This document shows positions 30,887 to 44,783 of a stretch of 64,000 nucleotides of DNA, piece by piece. The stretch lies in the NCBI RefSeq assembly GCF_009914755.1, contig NC_060947.1; one strand, written 5' to 3'. Each line of letters opens with the position of its first letter. Within the stretch, counting starts at the first letter, position 1. This DNA is from the human T2T-CHM13v2.0 reference genome, Homo sapiens. The notes below the pieces were generated by a model. The model was not told where the DNA came from. It worked only from the letters and a program-made list of their open reading frames with translations, and did not search any database. A program made the position numbers and the translations under genes.

Positions 30887-32199
30887 TGTAGAGGCCAAAA
30901 GGGAAAGCTTCCCCTTCACTCTCTGAAAGTTCACTGAAAAACCAATTCATAAAAGGCAGATTAATTGGAGAAAAGGTATACAGATTTATATAATGTGTAC
31001 ACACCAGAGCCTTTAGAATGAAGACTCAAAGATACAAGAAAAAATATCCATTTTTATGCTTCAGTTCAACACAGTATGTGTAACTGAGCAGCTTAGCAGC
31101 TTAACCTCAAAACATGTTATAAAACATTTTTTTCCTTTCCCCTTTCCTTCAGTTTTTTTCCTTTCCCTCCCCTCAGTTTCAAGATGTAGCTCTGAGATAT
31201 ACTTTACAGCCTCCAAATGTTTTCTTTCCTTCCATTTTCCACTTTATGCCCCCATGCCTTTTGCACATTCATTTACCTAGATCCTTGTTAAGCACACACC
31301 ATACTCACTTATCTGGTCCTGTATTTCCTTACAAGCTTCACGGGTCGGATCCTAATATAGACCAGACACCTCCAGAATTCTCTCTCCAATAAAAGATTAC
31401 TTCAAGGCCGGAACCCACTCTCGGCTAGAGATTAGCTGCAAGATTGACTGTAATTAATTTGTAACCTCGTTGGGCCACGATGGCCCCTACACCAGATGAA
31501 ACAATAATTCAAGATGAGCCATCGGAACAAGACACATTGCCTGGCACCTCCTATCCCTGCCTTGCCTCTTCTGCATTCCAAACCCTTAAAAAAAAATATT
31601 CCTGCATTCCTTCCACAAATTGAAGACTGGAATTTTTTTCTGCCCTTCCCCTTGCTGGCACAGATAATAAAGTCTCACTCTCTTTTTATCATACCTTGTT
31701 ATTATTTTGGTTTATTTCTACAAGTGGCAAGCAGCCGGGCCCTTTTGCTGGTTACATATGGACAGCCATGTAGAAATAGGATTGGACTGAAAGGTATGAG
31801 CTAATGATAATGGACTGGGTGGGGAAACCCCGCAGGACTTATCTATCTAGACTCTTCTTAGCCTCTCTGAGAATACATTCCTTCCTTCTGGGAGTGCGGC
31901 AGGGCCTTCTCTGGAACGGGGTTCTTTGACCTACAGTAAAACAAGGTAGGTCAAATGATTTCTTTATGGCTAGTTTTTACACAGAGAAGTGGAAAGAAAT
32001 AGTAATATTTTTGGGTTTTATGGCTGGCTTTAAGGAAAAGGGGTTCTGGTTTCTATGACCCACCTTGGGGAGGAGGGACTCTAGTTTCTCTGGCTAGCCT
32101 CGGGGAGAATGGGGATGAGATACAGGAGGGCAGAAGGTCAGAGAAAAACTTTTGCTTCTGAGGCCATTATTTTGGAGTATTGTTTTCTGAACCCGAATA
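30887..32199 (-). mobile_element. MER39 ERV1 LTR split by a second LTR
   Basis: Reverse complement starts gggttcagaaaacaatactccaaaataatggcctcagaagcaaaagtttttctctgacc. Confidence 0.8.
31079..31756 (+). mobile_element. ERV1 (MER4-group, possibly MER72-like) solo LTR
   Basis: TGTAAC...GTTACA inverted termini, AATAAA signal and 4-bp TSD tatg; family name uncertain. Confidence 0.75.
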
Positions 32200-32786
32200 G
32201 GTTTAAGAACCCTTTTAAGAGGAGATCTGAGTGGAGAACCACAGTATCCACCAAAGTAACCAGTAGGGCCCATCAATGTGTGTATGGATTTATACGTGCA
32301 TGCACACGCATGCGCCTACAGGTGCTTGTGTTTTAAGAGGACACTTTTCTTCTATGTGTGCAATCAAGATGTCACAGCCTTCAGAGTGGTTCTGACTTTC
32401 GATATAGTTTAGGTCACAGGTTATGGCACAAGGAGTGCTGCTCTTGAGAGATCAAGGAATATGCTGCTCTTACTCTCCAAGGGCCATTTCACAATAACAC
32501 GGCTACTGTAAGTCCTTGTCCACTTTCACAAGTCTGGTAGCTGAGTACCAAGCTCTGTTGTTTGCTTTGACTTCTGGTGTAAATTGCTTGGCAGTTTCAC
32601 TAGTATTATCTCAGTTGATCTTGGCAACCATTCTCTCAGGTAGGCAAAGAAGGAATTATGAGCTTTATTCAGCAGATGAGGAAATGAGGACTCAGAAAGG
32701 TAAAGTGATTTGTTCCAGGTCGAGTTTCAGAGCTTGCTTTTAAGTCAGTGTTTCAATGTGTGTGGCCTGAGAGGACACCTGGGTGA

Positions 32787-33112
<326 letters not shown>

Positions 33113-33243
33113 AAAATGTGCATTCTTAGGCCTCCCCTCCCATATGCCAACTCCAAAACGTTTGGACCAGGAAATTTGCGTTGATATAAAGCATCCTACT
33201 AATTCTTGTGCACAGCAAAATCAGAGAAAAATCCCTCTATCTT

Positions 33244-34071
33244 TGTTCTATGACCTGCATGTTTTTCCCCTCCAAAACTCAGGTTGAAACTTAATCTCCA
33301 ATGGGTCAGTACTGAGAGGTGCATTCTTTAAGAAGTGATTGGGTAATGAGGTCTCTGCCTCAATGAATGGATTAATCCATTCATGGATAAATGGATTCCT
33401 GTGTTAATAAATTAATGGGTTATCACAAAAGTGGACTAGTGGCTTTATAAGAAAAGGAAGAAAAAAAAAAAAAAAAGAAAAGGAAGAGGCCAGGCACAGT
33501 GGCTCACACCTGCTATCCCAGCACTTTGGGAGGCCGAGGCGGGCAGATCACGAGGTCAGGAGTTTGAGACCAGCCTGACCAACATGGTGAAACCTCATCT
33601 CTACTAAAAATACAATTCTCCTGCCTCAGCCTCCTGAGCAGCTGGGCTAATTTGCCAGGCGTGGTGGCACGTGCCTGTAATCCCAGCTACTCAGGACGCT
33701 GAGGCAGGAGAATCACTTGAACCAAGGAGGCGGAGGTTGCAGTGAGCTGAGATTGTGCCACTGCACTTCAGCCTGGGCGACAGAGCGAGACTCCATCAAA
33801 AAAGAAAGGGCGGGCGGGCGGGCGGGCGGGCAGGCAGGCAGGCAAAGGGAGAGAGAACTGAGCTAGTATATTTAGCCTTCTCACCATAGAATGCTATGCA
33901 ACACCTCAGTTCTCTGCAAAGCGTTCCCACCAGCATGAAGGCCTTACCCAGGTGCATCCACTTGACCCTGGTTTTCTGAGCCCCCATAACGGTAAGAAAT
34001 AAATTTCTTTTCTTTATAAATTACCCAGTTTCAAGTACTCGGTTATAAGCAACAGCAAGTGGGCCAAGACA
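33244..34071 (+). mobile_element. MST (C/D-like) MaLR LTR split by an Alu
   Basis: cccctccaaaactcaggttgaaacttaatc...ataaattacccagtttcaagt...gccaagaca. Confidence 0.82.
33488..33807 (+). mobile_element. AluS with an internal inverted duplication
   Basis: Full Alu with antisense Alu sequence at 33615-33653. Confidence 0.95.
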
Positions 34072-34074
34072 CCT

Positions 34075-34900
<826 letters not shown>

Positions 34901-35486
34901 GTTCTGTGGAAGCAGGACTTCATTCTAAGACCATGTGGGTTCCATTATGCCCTGCTGCCTATCTGCAAAACAGAAGCTGTGCAACCACCTTAAAGTGAAA
35001 AATATTAATTCAATTTATTGGTGTGTGAATACAGAATTCTTGTATGAAGGCTTCCCATCACCCCCCATTGATAGAAATATGAAGTAGAAGGCTATCTTTC
35101 TATTGGGTCGCTCTTTTCTCTTTCTGGTTCGTTATTTGAACACCTAACTTCCCACCTACAACTTGGATAAACTGTCAGTGCAATACATCTTGTTCCTTAC
35201 ATTTTACTCTTGTATTTGCAATTATTTTGTCTGATGACTTTGGCTTCAGTCCCGGACAGCCTGTTTGAGTGTTTAAATGAAAGGGTGTAGGTGTGCATTT
35301 CATATAATTCAGGACTGCCCTCTCACCCCCCTCCTCAGCCTCACCATTCACTGTTAAATAAAATTCATATTTCAAGGGCCTCAATTCCAAATTATTTGAA
35401 GAACTTCAATTGGTGATTACATTTAGAATTTTATTGACTCTAACAGTGCACGTATTTTCCTATGTTGATCCATAAAAATGTGTGTC

Positions 35487-35785
35487 GGCCAGGCACGCTG
35501 GCTCATGCCTATAATCCCAGCACTTTGGGAGGCCGAGGCGGGCGGATCACGAGGTCAGGAGATCAAGACCATCCTGGCTAACACCGTGAAACCAAGTCTC
35601 TGCTAAAAATACAAAAAATTAGCCGGGCATGGTGGCACACAACCGTAGTCCCAGCTACTCAGGAGGCTAAGGCAGGAGAATCACTTGAACCCAGAAAGCG
35701 GAGGTTGCAGAGACTGCGCCACTGCACTCCTGCCTGGGTGACAGAGTGAGACTCCGTCTCAAAAAAAAAAAAAAAAAAAAAAAAA
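35487..35785 (+). mobile_element. AluSc/Y-like
   Basis: gagatcaagaccatcctggctaacac; long poly(A). Confidence 0.94.
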
Positions 35786-38314
35786 GTTGTGTCTACAGTT
35801 TTTCCATAATATTTTTATATGCTATCCTAGGAGCTCCCAAATAATTTTGTAGGACGGGAAGACTTTCTTCAGAAGCACTGAGATCACAGGACCGTATGCA
35901 CGTGTGTTGGGGTGTGGAGATAGGGAAAGGGGGCAGGAAGAAGTGTAGATTAGGAGTGCAGGAGGCCATGAGGCGAGACGTGGAGGAAACGATGACCCCA
36001 TTCCCAGAGAAGGGTCAAGGAAGAGACGCTGCTGCAGTTGCTCTGTAACTGCGAAAGATTATTGAAAGCCCAAGTGAAAAAAGAAAAGAAAGAAAAGAAA
36101 CAAACAAAAATATACAAGAAAATAAAATACAAGAAAGCCCAAGTTGGGGAGATCTAATAGCAGCCACTGGCTTAGAGAGCTACCAGTAAGACTTCGAGAC
36201 CTACTGGCCTTCTACAACCTGGAAAACCTGACTCCCAGTCAATAGGCAGTGACATTGTTTGCTACATGCACCAGAAGTCATGTAACTGCAAAGTCTGACC
36301 TGTAGCTAATAATCTTTCTGTATGTGTGTGAAGCTGGATAAGTAACTTCCTTTTTTGAGAAGTTGGGAAGCTCTTGGGAAGAGCTTGAGTAGGCTATCAC
36401 GAGACTCTCCAGCATAGTGGCTACTGCGGAAGAGCTGCTTAGTTTTGATTTTCATTAAGATAAGAATGCTGTGTCAAAGCCAGGCAACTCTCTCCTCCTC
36501 ACTGTTTCAAGAGATCTGGAGAATTACAACATTACTGTCACTACATAATGAATGCCACTATCTTTCCCAGTTGCGTTATAAGGGGTGACAAAAAGAATCC
36601 GGGGATAATGCTGAAATGGCCTATACTCTGGCTAGTATGACAACAACAACAACAAAAAGACAAAGACTAGATTTATTTTTCTGTCATCTCCAGTCTTTGC
36701 ATCTATGATTCCATTACTGGTGGCCACTGTGATCCTTTCAGACTAAACAGGATTGGATTATTATGCAAGATTGTTCTCAGAAATAAAACCTTTTTGAAAC
36801 ATGCTATGCAATTTTGGGAGCATAATTGCAACAAATATGATTATCCAGTCATCAGTTTCTGGTTTCATTATGGACCACATGAGGGCCAGATGTGTACACG
36901 CATGCAAAGATCTCTGGAGACTGATTTATTGTGGCAGTTCAACTGTTTACAGCTTGTACTTTGCAGAGCACTTGAAGGGATTTTCTTCAGAGAAAATTGA
37001 CTCAATGCATTTGAACATGTTTTTGCTTGTGATTGGTTATGCAGTAGGGATTTCAAGCTCAATTTGGATAAGAATCTTACTCTTTGAGTTACTTCTTTAA
37101 TCTGCCATTCAACTACAACTTGCTTGCAGTCTTCTGAGTGTCCTTCCGCTTACCTCTTCAACCATTTTTATCAATAAATACTTTAGAAAAACATTGGATT
37201 TTTGTTGAGCTGTGTTTATAATTTTTCATTTTCTGGTTTCCTCAGCTATAAAATGAGATTGATGAAAATGCTTATATATGAATGTGGCTGATGTATGTTC
37301 TATAAATATAATAAATAGCTAAAGCAATGTCAGTTTCAAAAAGCAATCCTTAGAAAATATTAAAATATACTCACTACATTTTTTCCCTACAATGCCAAAT
37401 TGTGATTTCCTGGAGGAAAGAGTCCATGCCTTCTGTATCATTGGTACACATACAGGCACTGAATAAGATAGTTTGCACAAAAGTCACTCTGGAAATATAA
37501 ACGAATGCATCTCTGCAACCTAATCTAAGTCAATTTACTGGTCAAACAGTTGTCAGAGTTTTGGGGTACATATCAGCAACTTTAGAAAATTAGAGGTACA
37601 TGAGAGCTATATGTCTCCCCTCTATAACCTTGCTACCAGGTGGTATGTTATAATGAAAGCAAGTCTCTTGCCACATTCTGGTACATAGGTGAACACTTAT
37701 TAATGAGCAGGCACAAACACTGTTGCATAACCTATTTCTGTAAATGGTTCCTAGTCTCTGTCCCTTTGGGAATCCTAGGCATTTAGGCAAAGCACTTAGC
37801 ATGAAAGGTTTTTTGTGGGACAAAGATACAATATTATGAAGGCAGGGTCAGTAATCATGTTAGTAGGCTCAGGTGACAGAATTCCTCATACAGCAGCAGC
37901 ATATAGATCACAAGGAACAGAGTTCTAGAATTAGGGTGCTACTTCTAATGTGTAAAGTTGCTGGTCTTTCCAGATTATCCAATTTTCTTCAGAAAAGTCT
38001 TGAGGTTAACTCTTTCTAGACAACCATAAATCCTCATGCTAACTAACCAACTTCGTGGTGCAAATTTAGAAAGCTGTATCTGGAAGGCTTGTAGTAGAGA
38101 CCTTTGGAGTGAGGGCTTCTGAGATGGCTGAGATGGGATCCTTCAGATGCTAACTAATCACATCTGGGGTGCACATTCCTGATTAGGGCAATTCAAATGT
38201 AACTGTCAGAACATAGTATTTAGGAGAAAATTAATTCACATGCTGCCTATGCTGAAATTTCTAAAATAGAATTATAAAAAATATAAAAATGCTTCTCGTC
38301 CTTTGTCTCAAATA

Positions 38315-38527
38315 TAGTCATGAATCACTTAATGATGGGAATACATTCTGAGAATTGTGTCATTGACTAATTTTGTTGTTTTGCAAGCATTATAGCATGA
38401 ACTTACAAAAACCTAGGTGGTATAGCCTATTACACATCATCTCCAGCTCCATTATAATATTATTTGACCACCATTGTATATGTGGTTCATTGTTGACTGA
38501 AATGTCCTTATGTAGTGCACGACTGTA
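38315..38527. mobile_element. Tigger3/MER7-like DNA transposon
   Basis: tagtcatgaatcacttaatgatgggaatacattctgag...tagtgcacgactgta with terminal inverted repeats and TA flanks. Confidence 0.75.
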
Positions 38528-38874
38528 TCCTCTGTAGCAACACTGTTCTTAGGATGGTTGATTCTGATGGTTTCTGTCTTTATAATTTGGGGGGAGGAGT
38601 CTCAGAACAAGTCTAAAGATGCCAGACTTCCTTCCCTATCCTGAGGTGGGTTTGTTTGGGATCCACTCTTCTTGACTCTTTTTAAAGGCAGAGTCTTATT
38701 GGCTCCTTGTGAGTTGCAGTTATGTTCATTGGAGACATTGCAAAACTAAAGCAAATTGCCTCAGTGATGCAAATTAAAAGACCAAAATGCCGGACAGAAA
38801 GTGAATAATATTATCTACAAGATGCATTTCTGTACTCTGACCAAGTTGTCTGCGGTCCCAGAAATGTCAATGAG

Positions 38875-39110
38875 AGGTCTGCGAACTATGGTTCTAGGGC
38901 CAAATCTGCAATTCAGCTTTTCTTTACTTTGTAAAGAAAGTTTATTGGAACATGGCCATGTCTGTTCATATATATATATATTGTCTAGATCTGCTTTCAC
39001 ATTATAACAGCAGAGTTGAATAGTTGAGACAGAGATGGTATGTGTCCTCCAATACGAAATATAGTTATTATTTGACTTTACGGAAAAAAATTTGCTGACT
39101 CCTGCTACAG
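38875..39110. mobile_element. MER58A
   Basis: gtaaagaaagtttattggaacatggccatg...ttacggaaaaaaatttgctgactcctg. Confidence 0.8.
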
Positions 39111-39437
39111 ATTGTAGTGGGGCAGTAAAAATATGCACTTGTGTCTCAATTTTGTCATCTTTAAATAAAGGTAGTAATATTACTTATCTCATAGGGTGTT
39201 GTAATGATAAGTGTTCATTAAACGTTAACTGTTAGAGGAAAGCACATAAACTTTGTTCAATATTCTCAGTGGATAGTTCTCTGGAAGACTCCTTCTTATG
39301 TGTGTCTACTGATTTTTCTTCATCTTCCTCTGCAGTACTGCAGGGAAAGACCATTGGTGTCACTTATGAAGACTTCCCACCGTCTCCATCAGGCATTGGA
39401 AGTCCCCTGCCCACCAACAGACCTGTGAGTGCCATTT

Positions 39438-40103
39438 GATATGATTTGAATGTTTGTTTCCGTCCAAAATTCATATATTGAAGCCTGTCCTCCAAGGTAA
39501 TGGCATTAAGAGGTGTGGCCTTGGCCGGGCGCCATGGCTCATGCCTGTAATACCAGCACTTTGGGATACCAAGGTGGGTGGATCACAAGGTTAGGAGTTT
39601 GAGACCAGCCTGGCCAATATGGTAAAACCCTGTCTCTACTAAAAGTACAAAATTTAGCCAGACATGGTGGCAGCCGCCTATAGTCCCAGCTACTCGGGAG
39701 GCTGAGGCAGGAGAATCACTTGAACCTGGGAGACGGACGTTCCGGTGAACCAAGATCCTGAAACTGCACTCCAGACTGGGCAACAGAGCGAGACTCCGTC
39801 TCAAAAAGAAAGAAAAGAGGTGTGGCTTTTGGGATCTGATTAGGTCATGATGGCTCTGCCCTCATAAATAGGATTAGTGCCCTTATAAAAGGGCTTATGG
39901 GAGTCTGTTAGCCCTTTCTGTCATGTGATGATTCAGCAAGGTGTCATTTATGAAGCAAAGCAGGAGACTTGACCAGACACCAAATCTGCTGGCACCTTTA
40001 TCTTGGGCTTTGCAGCTTCCAGAACTGTGAGGAATAGATTTTTATTCCGGTATATTACCCAATCTAAACTATTTTTGTTATGGCAGTCCAAATGGACTAA
40101 GAC
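39438..40103 (+). mobile_element. MLT1A LTR split by an Alu
   Basis: tgatatgatttgaatgtttg...ccagaactgtgagg...aatggactaagaca. Confidence 0.85.
39522..39817 (+). mobile_element. AluS
   Basis: TSD aagaggtgtggc. Confidence 0.95.
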
Positions 40104-40263
40104 ACCATTCACAGGCTTTCTCTCTTTCCCAAGGCCACATTGCAAAAGCATCTACTTTTATCGTGCCATCTTTCTCTATTACTTTTTCTCTTCTAACTGC
40201 TGATTCGGTTCCAACAGTGATTTACAACCTAGTTCATGGTCTGAGGAAATGGGTCAGTAATGC

Positions 40264-40663
40264 TGATATGGTTTAGATCTGTGTCCCCACCCAAATCTCA
40301 AACTGTAAACCCCATTGTTGGATGTGGGGCCTGCTGGGACGTGATTGGATCATGGAGGTGGATCCTTCTTCAATGGTTGAGCACCAACCACTCGGTGCTG
40401 TTTTTGTGACAGAGATCTGGTTGTTTAAAAGTGTGTGGCACCCCTCCCTCCACTCACTTTCTCTCTTGCTCCTGCTCTCTCACCATGTGATGTGGCTGCT
40501 CCCCCTTTGCCTTCTGCCATGATTGGAAGCTTCCTGAAGGCTCCCTAGAAGAAGCCACTATGCTTCCTGTATAGAACCATGAGCCAATTAAACCTTTTTT
40601 TAAAAAAATAAAAGATCCAGTTTCAGGTATTTCTTTATAGCAATGTGAGAACAGCCTAATACA
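40264..40663 (+). mobile_element. MSTB LTR
   Basis: tgatatggtttagatctgtgtccccacccaaatctc...gcctaataca; TSD aatgc. Confidence 0.88.
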
Positions 40664-42552
40664 AATGCAGACACAATTTTGACCTGTGGCAGATTAGAAA
40701 TGTGTTAGAAGTTGTGACTTTTTTATATAGGTATTTTAGATCTTGACACTGTGTTGGGAGGGCAGGTGGGGGGAGTTCAATGCACCTAGTCAGGAGTTTG
40801 AACCTTCTTTTGATAGGGAATTCCAGGTTGTGGATGACGCAGACCTATTTCTGGAGCTGGGGCATGAGTGTAGTAATTAGAAGAGAAATGCTCTCTACAG
40901 ATGTTGGCTTCCACAAGTAAAGGGCCAGTGGATGAACAGGGAGATGCTGCCAGTCTGTTTTACCTGGCACATGAATAAGCTTGCACAAGATTTGCTTGAC
41001 TTTTCTCATGTTATCAGACCTCGTTACAGTCCAGACCAGTGGCCATAGCTCAACAGCAAGCTTGCAATTTTAGCAGACTTCATTTTCCAGTTTCGGCCAG
41101 TGCTTGAAAAATATTCATAGCTCAGAGAGATGTGCAATTTCATGAAGGATTCCAGGTTCTGCATACCAGCTCTTAAAAAAAAAGTGGTTAGTCAGTGAAA
41201 GTCAGACACTGAGATGGAGAGCAACTGAAGAGGTAAGAACTAAGCTGTTGATATTTTTGTAGGAAAAGCAAGTTTTTGAAGACCAGCCATACTGCAATGC
41301 ATTGATAAGTGTTATTTAAACAGCATATGCTCTGCTGACCCATGAGTTGTCAGGGTTCCCATTCTCCTGTATTAGAGCAGTAAAAGGGCTGCTGACTCAG
41401 AGAATCTAAAAAAAAAAAAAAATCAACTAACTTATTTATTTCTTCACACTTCCCACTCCCCCACAGACTTTGCAAAACAGAATTTTATTGCTAAAGATAA
41501 TTACTGTGTTCTTTCCAACCCTGCAGTCTATTCCCAGTGAAAAATCACTAGCCTCTGGCTGGGTCTGCGTCTTTTATTTTTCCTTTTGGAGGTACTTATC
41601 CCCAGTGAGGCCAGGGGGATTATGCTAGGAATAGTAATATCCAGAAAACAGAGGGCCATTAAAGCCTTTTTCACGTGTGACCAATAGGTAGCATCTGGTC
41701 AAGAATAGACCCTCTGCAAAATTCCAGCCTATGCTACATTTGTAATCTTTGTACAAGGAGTTGGCAGAAAAAATAGAGAATGCTAATTTTAGGTGTTTAA
41801 TCATTTCAGGAGACCAATTTATATAAAACTAGCCCACAAAAAGAAAAGTCAAGGAATTGTAAAGAGGATGCTTATTTATTTTATATTTCATAGACCTGAG
41901 TTCTCAATTCTGATTGTACTTTCGTGGGAGGCCTGGAGGTGGATGTTGCTTTCCTGGCTGCACAGTCTGGTACTCTTAAGATGCACACTTAAGCCTCTTT
42001 TGGCTTCTCTTCCTCACAGCAGTTTGCCACTATTTCATGACTGCTCTTCTTTCCCGTACACTGCTTACCTTACCACTAAATTCTGTGTGGGTGAGAAAGT
42101 CCATGCTTAAAATAAGTAATAGGGATTAATTTTTTAGCTGAAAGATCATTCTCAGATAAATCTTTGGTTCTTTATCACAGCTATGTTGCTAACTAAAGTG
42201 ATCTATTTCCTAACTCCATTTTTTTTCTTTGCATTGCAAAGCAATTTCACGGCACTAAAGCAGTTTGAAAAAGAAAAAAATAATGTTCTACTCTTAATCC
42301 CATGATCCAAAACAACTTCTTTTATTCATATTCTCTTCCAGGTAATGCCCACAAGCACATATCTTTTTTACAGTTGTAAACTTTGTGTGCATACAACTGT
42401 GTATTCTGTTTTTTATGCTATAGATTATGTTTTACACATTTTGGCCAATTGCTAGTCATGACAAATATATTTGACAACTGTGAAAAATGCTGTGGAACGG
42501 ATGGGATACAGTATCCTTAACGGTTTCTCTACTATTAGTATACAATATTTTC

Positions 42553-42748
42553 CTCCCTTTTCTCCTCTTCCCTTCACCTTCTTCCTCTTCCTCCTTCTAC
42601 TCCCTCATCCTCCTCCTTCCATCCACCTGTTCTTCCTTTCTCCCTCCTCCTCTTTCTTATTTTCCATCTTCTTTCCCTCTTCTTCTGTATCCTTCTCCTT
42701 TTCCTCTTCCTTATCTTCCTTATCCTCCTCTTGTTTCTGCTCCTCCCT
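42553..42748. repeat. Polypyrimidine (CCT/CTT) low-complexity tract
   Basis: ~195 bp almost entirely C/T on the + strand. Confidence 0.9.
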
Positions 42749-43109
42749 GTTATTATAGATATAATAAAGAACTTTGCATGTATATTATATATGAATATAT
42801 ATACTTATAACAAGTCATAATTCATATATATGTGTATGTGTGTATATATACACATATGTAGGACATATGTGTATATATACACACATCAGTCGAGAACATA
42901 GGTTTCTTTTTTCCTTAGAGATGAACATATATGAGATATTAATAGAGAAAAAGAAACTTGAATTTTGTAATAGTCACCTAGATACAAAAACAATAGGAAT
43001 GCATACAAATTAACTTTAGAAATGCCAAAGTAAATAATGAAATATAAGTATTGAATTATTTGAAATTTTAAGTTTCCTAAAAATGGTCCATATAATAAAC
43101 AGAATATCA

Positions 43110-43473
<364 letters not shown>

Positions 43474-44396
43474 TCACCCTGTAATATTTATAAGCAAAAT
43501 TCTGAAGCGTTGACAGTATCCAAAGCACTTTAAAAAGTGCATTTTACAAGTGTATCAACATTTTAAAAATATCATTAATAAAATGTAAAAAGAACATGCT
43601 GTAAAACGAGTCCGAGATTAACTGCAAAATACATGGAACATATTTTATTATTTCAGGTGTTCTAAACATAGGCAGAATTAGGTTTTAGGATTTAAATCTT
43701 CATTTCCTAAAAAGTTCTTAGGTTTTCTGCTTCACTATTTCAACTTTTAAGCTTGAAGTGTTCTTTGTAGTTGCTTCTGATACTTTTCACCTTTTGGGGG
43801 CCTCTGATAAAGTATGTGGCACAGAATGAGCAATGGCTCCATGTGGTGTTATAGAGAAAAAATTTAAAAGCAAAAAAGAACCCAATACTTTCTATTGAAG
43901 TTCCAGAGAAAGTTCCATGTGTTCCTGACGAAGATTTAAGTTTTTCCTCTAATAATTATCTTGTTCCTTCTCCCATTTCAAAATAGACTCACAGGTTTCA
44001 TAGCAAGTGGCTTCTTCCTAATGCCATCCCAAACTCCTTGTCTGTAATGAAACTCTGCAGGGCTTCTTTTACAATTACCAGGGCACACATGCATTTCCAC
44101 ATTACTACTTGAAAACTGAGTTATTAAGAACACACTTTCTATTCACATCCAACATTCACAAAGACCCTGTAACCATCAACATCCCTTATGATGGTTTGAA
44201 GCTCTGGAGGAGTAGAGTGGCTTTAGTAGGTCTACTTTTATTTTACATTGGGTTTCTTCTGTCCCCAATACACTTAACCCCATTCATTACATTTTAAAGC
44301 AGCAAGTCCCTTAAAAATACACTTAGCCTGACAAATATTGGGAAAAATCTACTGTTAGTATCTCAACTCTTAAATTATTATCATCATTCTTCTTCT

Positions 44397-44783
<387 letters not shown>

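Noticed and set aside
36794-37150. Overlapping ORFs on both strands in unique sequence
   Set aside because: No recognisable domain, splice pattern or poly(A)/TSD; compatible with chance.
42471-42810. Ser/Phe/Pro-rich ORFs
   Set aside because: Translation of the polypyrimidine tract.
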